From: a virus
Lineage: Duplodnaviria; Caudoviricetes
Reading direction: 5' to 3' (one strand)
IMG/VR virus record: IMGVR_UViG_3300027797_000026
Coordinates: 3,381-67,380 of that record
Length of the DNA stretch: 64,000 bases
The position numbers and the translations under genes are program-made. Below, in pieces: positions 37,537 to 49,400 of this stretch. Numbering within the stretch: the stretch's first letter is position 1; every line of letters begins with the position of its first letter. The notes beneath the pieces are model-generated. The model was not told where the DNA came from. It was given only the letters and a program-made list of their open reading frames with translations, and ran no database searches.

Positions 37537-38320
37537 TGGAGTAGCTTTATTACATGCATCATCTGGTCTAGAAAGATTAATGGTGGGATCAGCAGAAGCT
37601 GGTGTTCTCAAAGACAGCAATGTTGCACAGATATCTGCTTTCTTATATTATCAAGCAAATGTTGCAGCAAGACTAGAGTCTAACAAGGCATTTCAAAGAT
37701 TATTTAAAACAACAATATTTAACCAGATAGAAAAAGATTTTGGTTTATTTATTGATTCACAGGCTAGAACAAAGCCAAAGTCCCTGCACCATGTTTATGA
37801 ATGGAATAAGACTGGGCAATCAGCAAGTCGTCTTTTTAAGCTAAATCAATTAGATGGCATAGGGCTATCATTTAAAATTAACTATGAGTTTAAGCTTTCA
37901 AAATCTTCAGTGCCATCAAGAAGCAGAGAGCAAAAAAGCAGATATGTATTTGAAAGAAAAGCTGCTGTTATGGAAAAGGGAATGCCGATAGTTATTAGAC
38001 CAAAATCAGCAGAGAGATTAGTTTTTGAAATTGATGGAGAAAAGGTTTTTATGCCCAAAGGGAAGTCAGTTACTGTAAAGAGCCCTGGAGGAAGACTATC
38101 TACAAATCAGTTTGACTTAACATATAGCAGATATTTTAGCGGACCACTAGTAAGCAATTCAATAAAGATGTCTGGATTCCAAAATCTATTTGGAGCCAAG
38201 TTTGAAAGAGCCATGAGAGTTCCTTCATCTATTGCCAAGGTGCGTTATTCATTCAGTCCAGGTACAATTAGATTGCAAGCTGAGGCGGCATTAACAGAAA
38301 AATTCGGAGGAGTATTCTAA
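37526..38320 (+). CDS. neck/tail-completion protein
   Basis: position; IRPK..L.FE..G..VF.K.V.V..PG motif. Confidence 0.55.
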   Translation: METSGVALLHASSGLERLMVGSAEAGVLKDSNVAQISAFLYYQANVAARLESNKAFQRLFKTTIFNQIEKDFGLFIDSQARTKPKSLHHVYEWNKTGQSASRLFKLNQLDGIGLSFKINYEFKLSKSSVPSRSREQKSRYVFERKAAVMEKGMPIVIRPKSAERLVFEIDGEKVFMPKGKSVTVKSPGGRLSTNQFDLTYSRYFSGPLVSNSIKMSGFQNLFGAKFERAMRVPSSIAKVRYSFSPGTIRLQAEAALTEKFGGVF

Positions 38321-38826
38321 TGACAGATTATAGTATAGACGCAATGTATGAAGTAAGAAAGCACCTCTGGAGTCAGCTTGTACTAAATAACATAATTGAT
38401 CCAAATGATTACTACAGCGACAACCTTGGGGAAACTATTATTCCAATAATACCAGTTCAGCAATCTCCAGAAATGAATCAATTCTTGAGCGGCAAGACCC
38501 ATATAGTATATGACAAAATGGGTAGCACCTATGAAGAGAACTGGATGATATGCTGCGAGAAGATATCATTTACAATATACTCAGTAGACTTTGCAGAGAT
38601 CAATATAATAAGAAATATGATGATAGACGTATTTAGAAGAATGGATGAGTCAGCCAGAGACCTAAATAAGTCTAAGTCAACAAGCAAGATAATATTTCAC
38701 AATACCATGATATTAGAAATGTCTCCAACAGAGCCATCTACAGAGCTGGCAGGCTTCCTGGCAGCCGATGTTATTCTAGAGGTCAAATATTCTAGAACCG
38801 TAGGTCCAAAAGGTAGATTTGACTAG
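38320..38826 (+). CDS. tail terminator protein
   Basis: position before major tail protein. Confidence 0.55.
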   Translation: MTDYSIDAMYEVRKHLWSQLVLNNIIDPNDYYSDNLGETIIPIIPVQQSPEMNQFLSGKTHIVYDKMGSTYEENWMICCEKISFTIYSVDFAEINIIRNMMIDVFRRMDESARDLNKSKSTSKIIFHNTMILEMSPTEPSTELAGFLAADVILEVKYSRTVGPKGRFD

Positions 38827-38948
38827 TTTGCTTTTTAGTTGATTGTAAGATAAAATTATACCAAGAGGAAATGAGCCTAGCCAGCTTGATTTAAAGTTTT
38901 AAAGTAAGTCAATATATATATATTTATTTAATAATGGAGGTTTTACAC

Positions 38949-39659
38949 ATGGCAAATCAAATTGCAGGTAATGCTAAGAATATTCTAGTTGGTGCTTCAC
39001 CACTATTTCTTTCAAACTTAGACGTTACAACAACAGGATACGTAGAAAATTTTGCACCTGGAGAAGCAGGCTCAACAGCCCCAGCATTTTCAGCTCCAAC
39101 AACTACGCTTGACGGAAAGTCTTACACAGATACTTTGAACGAAGTAACTGCATCAACAACACCAGCATTCTTTTACAGAAACGTTGGTTTCACAAACAAC
39201 GGTCTTCAGGTAACATACAACCCATCATACGGTTCAGTTACAGTAGATCAGCTTCTTGATACAGCAAAGCTTTTCAAGGAGTCAATGGAAGTTATGATCG
39301 CAACAGAAATGGCAGAAGGTACTCTTGAGAACGTTCTTGCTGTATTCGGTCAGCGTTCAAGTACACTTACAACTGGAGCACTAACAGACAAGCTTGGTCT
39401 TGCTGGTGGAGCACTAGGTGAGGCTCCAACAGAGCGTCAGCTCGTTGCAGTCGGAGCTGCACCAACATCTGAAGCAACAGCAACTGAGCGTGTATATTAT
39501 GCACGTCGTGTTCTTTCTGTACAACAGTCACAGTTCTCTTTGGCTCGTAACGCAGCATCAACATTCCCAGTCACATTCCGTTTGCTACCAGACGGTGCAA
39601 AGCCAGGTCAGGAATATGGTTTCATTGTAGACCGTGTACTTAACAAGACAGGCGCATAA
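38949..39659 (+). CDS. major tail protein
   Basis: NILVGA, VGFT.NG, VDQLLD, TLEN; GGAGG RBS; terminator follows. Confidence 0.85.
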   Translation: MANQIAGNAKNILVGASPLFLSNLDVTTTGYVENFAPGEAGSTAPAFSAPTTTLDGKSYTDTLNEVTASTTPAFFYRNVGFTNNGLQVTYNPSYGSVTVDQLLDTAKLFKESMEVMIATEMAEGTLENVLAVFGQRSSTLTTGALTDKLGLAGGALGEAPTERQLVAVGAAPTSEATATERVYYARRVLSVQQSQFSLARNAASTFPVTFRLLPDGAKPGQEYGFIVDRVLNKTGA

Positions 39660-39678
39660 TTAATACAATTAATTAATA

Positions 39679-39710
39679 GAAGCCCCCCAAGAAATTGGGG
39701 GGTTTCTTAT
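39679..39710 (+). terminator. intrinsic terminator
   Basis: CCCCCCAA-GAAA-TTGGGGGG plus T-rich tail. Confidence 0.8.
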
Positions 39711-39768
39711 TGCCATTATATTTTACATATGATACAATAATTAAGACGAGATCCTAGGAGGATTTAAA

Positions 39769-40101
39769 TTGGCAACAACAGTATATGATGTAGAAGAAAT
39801 TCAGCTACAAAACGGAGCAACCGTAAAGCTAAAGCCTTTAACAATTAAAGAGCTTAGAAAGTTTATGGCAGCTATTGCAAAGACAGCAGAAGTTACTACA
39901 GAAGATGAAACCCTAACAATTCTTATTGACGCTTGTGCAGTAGCACTAGAAAAGCAGTTACCAGAATTAGTAGCAGACAGAGACGCATTTGAGGACGTAT
40001 TAGATGTACCAACAATTAATCGTATCCTTGAAGTTTGCGGTGGTATTAAGATGGATGATCCAAATTTGCTAGCAGCAGCGGTTCTAGCTGGTCAGAACTA
40101 G
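39769..40101 (+). CDS. tail assembly chaperone (gpG-like)
   Basis: between major tail and tape measure; AGGAGG RBS. Confidence 0.8.
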   Translation: MATTVYDVEEIQLQNGATVKLKPLTIKELRKFMAAIAKTAEVTTEDETLTILIDACAVALEKQLPELVADRDAFEDVLDVPTINRILEVCGGIKMDDPNLLAAAVLAGQN

Positions 40102-40424
40102 ATCTAGCTGCTTTAGAAGGAGAAGTATTTCTAATAGGAAACTATAAGAATTACGAAGAGTTGGAAGATAACCTTTCAATGCCAGAATTGATTCAAACTT
40201 TTAAATCTATGCAAAAGTCGGAATCAGAAAAAAGAAAGTTCTTAGCTGCAATACAAGGTGTAGACCTTGATGCTAACGAAGAAGAAACCAGCAGCTTTGA
40301 AGATGTAAAAAGAAGAGCTCTTGGAATTACTGCAGATGCAACAGATGTTGTTTCACTACAAGGTCAGTTTGCATCAGAAGCAGGGTTTGGTATCGGAGCT
40401 GGCCTCGGATACAAAAAGGAGTAG
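40062..40424 (+). CDS. -1 frameshift extension of tail assembly chaperone (gpGT-like)
   Basis: in-frame slippery A AAT TTG at 40062-40068; -1 frame open to 40424. Confidence 0.7.
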   Translation, partial: KFASSSGSSWSELDLAALEGEVFLIGNYKNYEELEDNLSMPELIQTFKSMQKSESEKRKFLAAIQGVDLDANEEETSSFEDVKRRALGITADATDVVSLQGQFASEAGFGIGAGLGYKKE

Positions 40425-40428
40425 GTAG

Positions 40429-43400
40429 TTGGCAGATCAAAATATAGTTACCAACATAACTGCGACGGCTAATTTTTCTAGCCTAACAGCGCAGTTACAA
40501 GCGGTGACCTCCCAACTCCTTAAGCTTCAAGCAACAACGATTGGTTTAAATAAAAATCTAACTAGCCAAGTTGGAGTAATGAATCGTCAGTTTGACGAAA
40601 CCATGCGCTCTACTGGTCAGTTTGCCAGACACTTTGTAACATTAACTTCAGACGTATCTAAGTTCGGTCAGAACCTAGATAGCGGAAGAATGAAGCTGGG
40701 ACAATATTTTCAAACCTGGCAAGGACACACAAGAAAAACTAGCTCATTAGTTAAAGAATTAGCTAAGCAGCAGGTAATGCTTGAAAATGCAGTTGTACAA
40801 CCCCTTGGTAAAAATGCACAAGGCTTAATGCAATATAACGTTATGGTTCAATCTGGACTAGACGTAACAAAAAATAAATCAGCTCTGTTAAGACAAGAGC
40901 TATCGATCATGAACAAGGTCATGAATGATGGAGCAACAGGTCTTATTAACTGGGGTAAGAATACTCAGTGGGCTGGTAGACAGCTTACAGTAGGACTAAC
41001 CGTTCCTCTTGCAGCATTTGGAATGGCGGCTGCAAAAGCATTTAGACAAGCAGATGAAGAATTAGTAAGACTAACAAAGGTTTATGGCGGATTAACAGCA
41101 ACATCAAGTGCTGACTTATTGCAAGTTAGAAAAGATGTAATTGCTGTATCAAGAGAATTAGCTTCTGGATTAGGTGCAAACTTTAAAGAAACTATTGGAA
41201 TAGCAGCGGACATTGCAGCAACTGGAAAGCAAGGCGCAGAACTTATAGATTCTACAAGACAAACAACAAGACTTGCAATCCTTGGTGAAGTAGATAGACA
41301 AGATGCTATGAAGGCAACGCTAGCAATTCAAACAGCATTTGGCCAGAACACTATGCAGCTTGCAGAGTCTATTGACTTCCTTAACGCCGTTGAAAACCAG
41401 ACTTCTACAACACTAGAAGATTTAGTAACAGCAATTCCAAAAGCTGGTCCAGTAGTAAAAGCTCTAGGCGGAGATGTACAAGATCTTGCACTTTATTTAA
41501 CAGCAATGCGTGAAGGTGGAATTAATGCTTCAGAAGGAGCAAACGCACTTAAGTCTGCATTAGCATCTGTTATTAATCCAACCAAGGTTGCAAAAGAAAT
41601 GTTTATGGGTCTTGGTATAGATTTATCAGGCATTGTAGATAAAAATGCTGGTAACTTAACTGGCACAATCATGGCTCTTAAAGATTCATTAGATTCACTT
41701 CAGCCACTACAAAGAGCAAGAGCAATTGAGCAACTATTTGGAAAGTTTCAGTTTGCTAGAATTAATGCTTTATTTGAAAACTTAGGTAAAGAAGGAAGCC
41801 AGACACTTCAAGTTTTAGATTTAATGAAGGCTAGCACAAAAGATCTAGCTAGTATATCTGAGCGAGAATTAAAGGCATTAACTGAATCTGCATCTGGTAA
41901 ATACAGAAGAGCATTAGAATCAGTAAAAGCAGATTTAGCTGTAGTTGGAGAGCAGTTCTTAAAAGTTGGAGCATTTGTATTAAATGCAATAGACGGAATT
42001 ATAAAGTTTATTGGTAATCTTCCAGGCCCAATTAAAGCTGTATTAGGATTTATTGGAGGCCTCACAGCAATTGCTGGTCCAATAATTATGCTTACAGGTG
42101 TACTTGGAAACTTCTTTGGATATATTATAAAGGGAGTTTTAGCATTAAAAAATATTGGAAAAGGCGGAACAGGGTTTAAGTTATTAACTCCAGAATTAGT
42201 TGCAGCAGCATCTGCTGCAGAAACTGTAGAGCAATCATTCTATAGCGACACAAAAGCAGCAGCAACATTTTCTGATGCAGTTTTAACACTAGCAGCATCA
42301 TTTGAAAAGCTAAAACAAAGCGCAATGAGTTCTACAATTGCTACATCTAATAGCATGTCTACAGTTGCAGGTAACCCAGTCATGGGAGTTGGTGGAAGAA
42401 TTGTAGATAAGAATAATCCTCTTATTGGGCGGCCTTACTCAAGAGACATGTCTCATCTTACTCCTACTGGATCTCTTACTCCAGAACAAAGAGCTAGAGA
42501 AACAATTTTCTCAACAGTTCCTGGCCCTAAGCCAGTAAATCAAAGAATTTCAAATTCTCCGCAGTTATACATGGATAAAGATCTTCCAAAGATTCCAGGA
42601 GTAACATCTGTAAATGGAGTTTCAACTGGTGTAGTTGCAGCCGAAGCAGCCAAGTGGCACTCAATGACTGCAGCAATTGCTATGCAGTCAAAGGCAGAAT
42701 TAGCAGTACTTAAAACTGAAATAGCAGCAACAGGAACAATTACAGCTTCACTTGCAGATTCATATCAAGCACTTCTTCCTCAAATGACAAAGGTAACAAC
42801 CTTAGCCGCACAAGAAACAGCATTAATAGTTCAACAACTACAAGCTGGAAAGATTACTGTTGAAGCGGCAAGGGCAAAGATATTTGCATTAAATGCTCAA
42901 GTTGAAGCAATGATAGCCCAAACAGCTACAGGCGTTGCAACAGCACAAGCAAGAACTTTAAGTTTAACCACAGTTCCTTTAACAACTCAGCCAGTAGTAA
43001 ATGCAGCTGGAAGATCAAACATGAAAGAGCTTTTCCATAAGTCAGAAACATCAAAGATGGTTGATGTAATTGCAAGAGCTTTGGGAGTTAGAACTTCTGG
43101 TGCTGGATACAGCATGCACACAACAAAGCCTAGATTTAACGCTGGTGGACAGGTTGAATCCTTTGGATCAGGCAGAACGCGGGTTAGTGGTCCTTCATCA
43201 ATTTCATACGATGATAGAATGGGCTCAGTTCCACTGGGTGGATATGTATTAAATCAAAATGCGTCAATGGATCCAAGGAATGCTGCACTTGTTTCAGCAG
43301 CTCCTTCAACTTATAGAAACAGCGGCGGGAATATAACTGCATTACTTACACCAAAAGAAACAGTATTTGGTTCAGGGATTCAAGACAATCCAGAACTATT

Positions 43401-46400
43401 TGCAGCAGTAGATTCAGCAAACAATGGTATCCCACTTTCATCACATATGGGTGGTGGAAACATTACTTTGTCTAGATCAAACTATGGCGCTATAAATCCT
43501 GTAGCATTAGCAAAAATTTTAGGGCAATTATTTAGACGCAATCCAAAGCTTTCAAGAGAAATTCTTAAGGGAAGAGATCTAAGGCTTTCTGGTGCAGAAG
43601 CAAGAGCATACCAAGAAAGTGCGTTTGGATCTGCATTAAAATCATCTTCTAGAGCATTAAGCAGAGAGTATTATTTTGTAGGTAATTGGGGCGGAAGATT
43701 AAGATCAAGTGTTAACACAGCACTTGCTCATGGCGCTGCAAAGAAAGCAGATGTTGTAAGCGACTTAATGCATAGCTCATCACAAGCAGCACTTCCATCA
43801 CTTACTAGATTTTTAGAAGTAAATAAAGTATCTCCAGATAAAATACAGTTCTTTACTGAACGTGCTAGAGCAAATATTGTTTCTAGGTTAGGTGGAACTG
43901 GAAAAATTGGAGAAGCAGAATGGTCTAGAGTTCAACATAAAGAATATCTTGATATAGCAAAAGAACTTAAACTTAAAAAACAGTATTTTGATAGCTTAAA
44001 TGTTCCAGGACAAAGAAGAGCTCATTCAACTAACCCAGCTGCTAGAGGAATTCAAGCAGAGACTCCTTTAAACCCATATGGTACAACAGATCTAGCTAAA
44101 CTTATAGCAGAAAATGATGTAAATGGCACAAGATACATGGGCTCATATCGTAACTATGGAATAGAAAAAATTAATGGAGAGCCAACTGCATTAGCACACA
44201 TGATGCCTAAGTTTAATCGTGGAGGCCAGGTTGGCGGAAGAATAAGAACTGGACAATACAACTATGGAGTAATGGGCAATGTTCTAAAGGGATTAGCCAT
44301 GAGAAGGATTGGCGCAACCTTTGGTCCAACAGGTGCACCAAAGCCTAGCATGTACGAGTCAGCTCCATGGGGAGTAAGCTCTTTATCAATTAAAGCAGCT
44401 GAGACACTGTTTGCAAACACTGGTTTAAGAAAGCATTCACAAAAATTATTCTACGATAAGTTTGCCGCGGCTCTTGCTAAAGAAAAGCCTTATGGATATG
44501 TAAAGGGCCCTAACGGAGAATTAAAGAACGCACTTGAGCCAAGCTCAATGGATGCGGTTGTTAGACAAGCTGCTAGCGACTTGATGTCTGATAGAAGAGT
44601 CTTTATGCAACTTTCTCCAATTGATAGAGATATTATTAGAAAGAAATACTTAAACTTTGAGTCTAAAAAAGACACTCCCGTAACTGATGCTTTAAGAAAA
44701 AGAATATTTGGAAGTGATTCCCCAGGTTTTGCAGCAGGTGGAGTTGTTCGCCGTGGTAAAAATTCATATGGAGTAAAGGGTAACCCAGCAGCTCGTGCAG
44801 AACAAGAAGCAGCAAGAAGAGCACGTGCAGCAGCATTTACTCCTGCAGCAGGATCTGCTCCAGTATATCAAGATGGCCCATTGACTGGATCCAGAACAAC
44901 TGTAATTGGAAATGGCGGAGTAAGAACAAATACTTATGGAGTACAAGGTTCACTTCCATATATGCCTGGTCTTACAATCGGGCACGGAGCTTTAAATAAA
45001 TCACAAGCACTTCTAGCATCTGCTGCAAAACAAATAGAGATGTCTTTATATGCACTAGGAACTAGTATTAAAAAAGACGCCATCATGGTAGGGAAAACAT
45101 TAAGATTCTCTGGTGATCAAATAGTAATAGGCGCAAGATTAATGCAGGGACAAATAAAGACTTCAATAGATACAATGGCTACAGGATTTAAAACTGTAGG
45201 AACTGTGATTAGTAATGTTGTAAAACAAACTGCTTCTCAAATTGGTGCCGCTGCAAAAATGGCGGCCACTAATTTAAATGCTTTAAGAGCAAGTTTATTT
45301 AGCCCTCAAGTAATAGCACCAAGACCACCTGGAGCATTAATAAATCCAGACAGAACATTTGCACAAAACTCTAGACAGTCATTTGCAGCAAATGCAAGGT
45401 ATAGCACAACAGCAATGCTTAACCCTATTCAATACACAAGATCTGTATTGAATAAGCCAAAAGATCCAAACAAAGTTCCTGGCCAAGGTATGGGTGGCAT
45501 GGCAGCTGGCATGGGTGGAATGATGGTTGGACAACAAATTGGACAGAAGGTTGGCGGATCAACTGGAGGAATGATTGGCTCAATGGGCGGATATATGGCA
45601 GGAATGGCAGCGTATTCAGGCGCAGCAAAAGGATTTGCGGCATTATCTGCATCAATGGGTGGCGCTGGATTTGCTTCAACCGCAGTTGCAGCAGCAGGAC
45701 TAGTTGCACCAATAGCAGCTGTGACAGCAGTTGTAGTTGCTGGTGTATTAGCATGGAAAGATTATAAAAAGGGGCAAGAATTAAATCAAGCAACCTTTGG
45801 TCTAACAGCAGAAGCTGCTAAAAAAGCAGGATTAAGATTCACAGATTTTGGTAAAAGAGTAGCAGATGTAGCCAGTGATCAAAGACATTTAGCTAACACT
45901 AACAAGATGATATACGAGAGCATGAAAGATGGAGGAACGCCATTCCGTATTTCAATTGAAGAATATAGAGCCTTAAAGAAAGAAGTAAAAGAAACATTTG
46001 CAGAACAGATTGCAGCAATTGATCGCCAGCCAAAAGAAAAGGTTGCAGGCGCTGTAGTTAGACTAAAAGAACAGCTTATCGGCGCAGGAATGTCTGCAGA
46101 AGAAGCTACTAAAAAGATTTATACAATGCTTCAACTTTCTAATAAAAAAGATCAATCAATTAGTGCAACTATTGGTAATAATAAATTCTCAGTAATTACT
46201 GATTCCCAAAGCGCTGCAGTATCTTCAGTTAATTCTTTTGGGGAAGCTACAAGAAATGAAGGAAGCGTTGAAAAAGCACTATCATTTAATAATGCACTAG
46301 CAGCAACTGAAACTGGAATCAATGACATAATAGCAAAAAGAGAAAGACTTGTAGCAAAAGATCTTAGTGGGAAAACAAAGTCATTGAGTTATTCAGAAGC

Positions 46401-49400
46401 TGAAAAAATAATGATAGACCAGCTAAATGCTTCAAAAGAAGCTGGAACAATAATTACTGAAGAAACTGTAGACGAACTGGCTAAAACAAACCCAAACATA
46501 AAAAAGGTTATTAATGGATCGGATACTATTGTTAGCGTTTGGCAAAAAATTAGATTGCAGGCTCAAGGTTTTAGTGGAGACCTTTCTAAACTAAGTGCTG
46601 AACAAGTTGGAGTAATTGCAAATGTATTTAATGCTATAGCTGCATCTGTTGAATCAACAAATAGAGCTGGAATACTTAAAGATCAATATGCAAATTTAGA
46701 TAAGCTAAAAGGACAAATTTCAGACTATACTAAAGCTTTAAAGGGACAAACAGTAACCGAGCAGATATCTGACAGAAAAAGACTTTCAGCAATCAATAAA
46801 CAAATAGAAGCTATCAATAAGCTTGCAGAAGCAAGAAAGAAAGCTTTGGCCGCTGCACAAGAAGATGCAGACTTGGGAAGACAAATTGAAAAGGTTAGAC
46901 TTGAAATACAAAATGCAGTTTCAGTTGGAGATACTGAAAAGGCACAAAGTCTAAGAATTGATCTAGAGTCACTTACTTCACAGCAGCAAACAGATGCCCA
47001 AATGAAGGCAATAGATGCAGCTGCTGAAAAAGCAACTAAGCCTCTTAAAGCTGCAGCAGAAGCAATTTCAAGCAATCAACAAGACCTTGCAGATTCAGCT
47101 GCATTAGCAGGAGAAAGTTTAGATAAGCTGCAAAAGAAGTATGACAAACAAAAAACAGCAATTGACCTAGTCAATAATGCAATGACTGCACTTTATGGAA
47201 ATGCAGATGCTGCTGGACAATCAGTAGAAGATTATGTTAAGAGCAATAAAACAGCCGCCGCTGGATTTGTAGCTGCAATGGAAGCTGCCACTAACGCAGC
47301 AATGCCAAAATATAAAGAAGTAACTACTACAGAAGTAACAGCTAATGGTCCAGTTACAACTACTACAAAGGTTCCAATTTCTCCAGAGCAAAACGCCCTA
47401 GCCCTACTTCTTAAAGCTGGAACTACAGGTAAAGTAGATATGGCAATTGCAAACAGCATTAAGGGCGGAGCAAGCTTGTTTGATGTTGTTAAAGCTATTA
47501 AGACATATATTCCTAGCAAAAAAGATGGAAACGAAACATTTGGAAATGCTGTTTTAACTGGAACTGGAAAAGACGCATACGCTGCATATAAAAATGTTCT
47601 TTCACAAGGACAAAGCCAAAAACTACTGACAGCTACTGGCGGGATGTTTGAGGTATTTGAGTGGAATAAAAAATCTTATGTAGCTGACGCAACAACTGGA
47701 GTTATTTATCCTTATGATCAAGTTAATAAAATAATTGGTAAAAAAGCAGTTAGCAGACATGAAGGCGGTCCTATATCTGGTGCAGGAACAGCAACATCTG
47801 ATTCTATTCCAGCAATGCTTTCAAACGGAGAATATGTAATAAGAGCATCAGCAGTTAAAAAATATGGTGTGGATCATTTTGATGCATTAAATCAGCAAAA
47901 ATATGCAGATGGTGGACCAGTAAAACCTGGTTCTCGTCAGCAGCTTCCATTTTTCCCATGGCGTCCAGACCTACCAAACTACTGGAGTAATGGAAAGCCA
48001 ACTGGCAATCCATACACTGGAAGGTGGGGAGAGCTAAGATACAATCCTTCAAAGGGTAAAGATATATGGGGCGGAACAGAACCTGGAAGCCATTTTACTG
48101 GAAACATTAAAGACAAGTCAGACTACTGGCATCAGATGGGCGAACAGCCAAGTAAATCTCGTGGTCCAGGAATGGGTATAGATAAAGATCCAATGCGTTA
48201 TGCAGGCTCTGGAGCTTCTATGGGGGGCATTGGAAGCGGCGTATATGGGTTTGGCCCACTATTTTTTGCAGAGGGCGGATTCTTTGGTGGAATAAAATCT
48301 TACTTTAATAAATTTGGTAAAAATAAAGAGTCTGTAGATAAAGCTCCTGGTACAAGAAAATATACTGAAGGAATAATCAGAGGCCTATACGACAATAATC
48401 CGCTTACTTATGGAATGAATGCAATGAGTGGTAAGTTTAAGCTTGGTAGCAAATGGAGTAATTTTGCTTATTCTGTAGTAGGAAAACCAATTGAAGAAAT
48501 AATTGCTGGAAGTGGAACTAAGGGAGATTTTGCTAATACAGCAATAAATCTTATACCTGGAGCAGGTTTAGCTAAAGGTCCTAAGATGGCAAAGAATATT
48601 AAAGATGCAAAATCCTGGACACATTATGCTCATCAATCACCAACAGAATTATTACCTAGTATAGGTAGACCAACTACTGCAATGCATCAGTATGGACCTG
48701 GAACGTATGGTTCACCCACTGGCACATTTGCTGGTGATACATTTGGAACAGGAGCACACAAGCTTAGCAATTCTCCGTTAGCTTGGATGAAAACTGCATT
48801 AGGAAGAGGCCCCGTAACAGAAGACCTGTTAGCTTCAGAAAGAGTTCTTTTCACAAAGGCAACTGGGAAAACTGCATATCCGTATGGAATAAGCGATGAG
48901 TTTGCTACATTCCTTCGCAGTAGAGGATACTCTGGCTATAAAACTGGAGACATTGTAACAAATTGGAATATAGGATATCCAGGATTTGGATTAAGTAATA
49001 ATCTTGGAAAGATTCCTTTTGGCTCACGTCTTCCAAAAATTGAAGCTCCTATTCCAAATATTGTTCCTGACGGTTTAGTTCTTGCTAATGGCGGTCTAGT
49101 AAATATACCTAAATTTAAAAATGGAATTAACGTAGTCCCACAGGATATGTTAGCAATGATTCACAAAAATGAATCTATAATTCCTGCCACAATGAATCCA
49201 TTTAATCCAGATGCCGCAGCATCAATGCCAAAATATAATTTTGGTCGATCTTCATTTAGCGTAAATGGCGGAGGAGAATCTGGAGCATCATATACCGTTA
49301 ACCAAAACATATACGCATCTGAAGGAATGGATGTAGAGGCATTGTCTAATATGATTGTTAGAAAGGCTGAAGTTGTTATTGGACAAAAGGCTAAGGTTAA

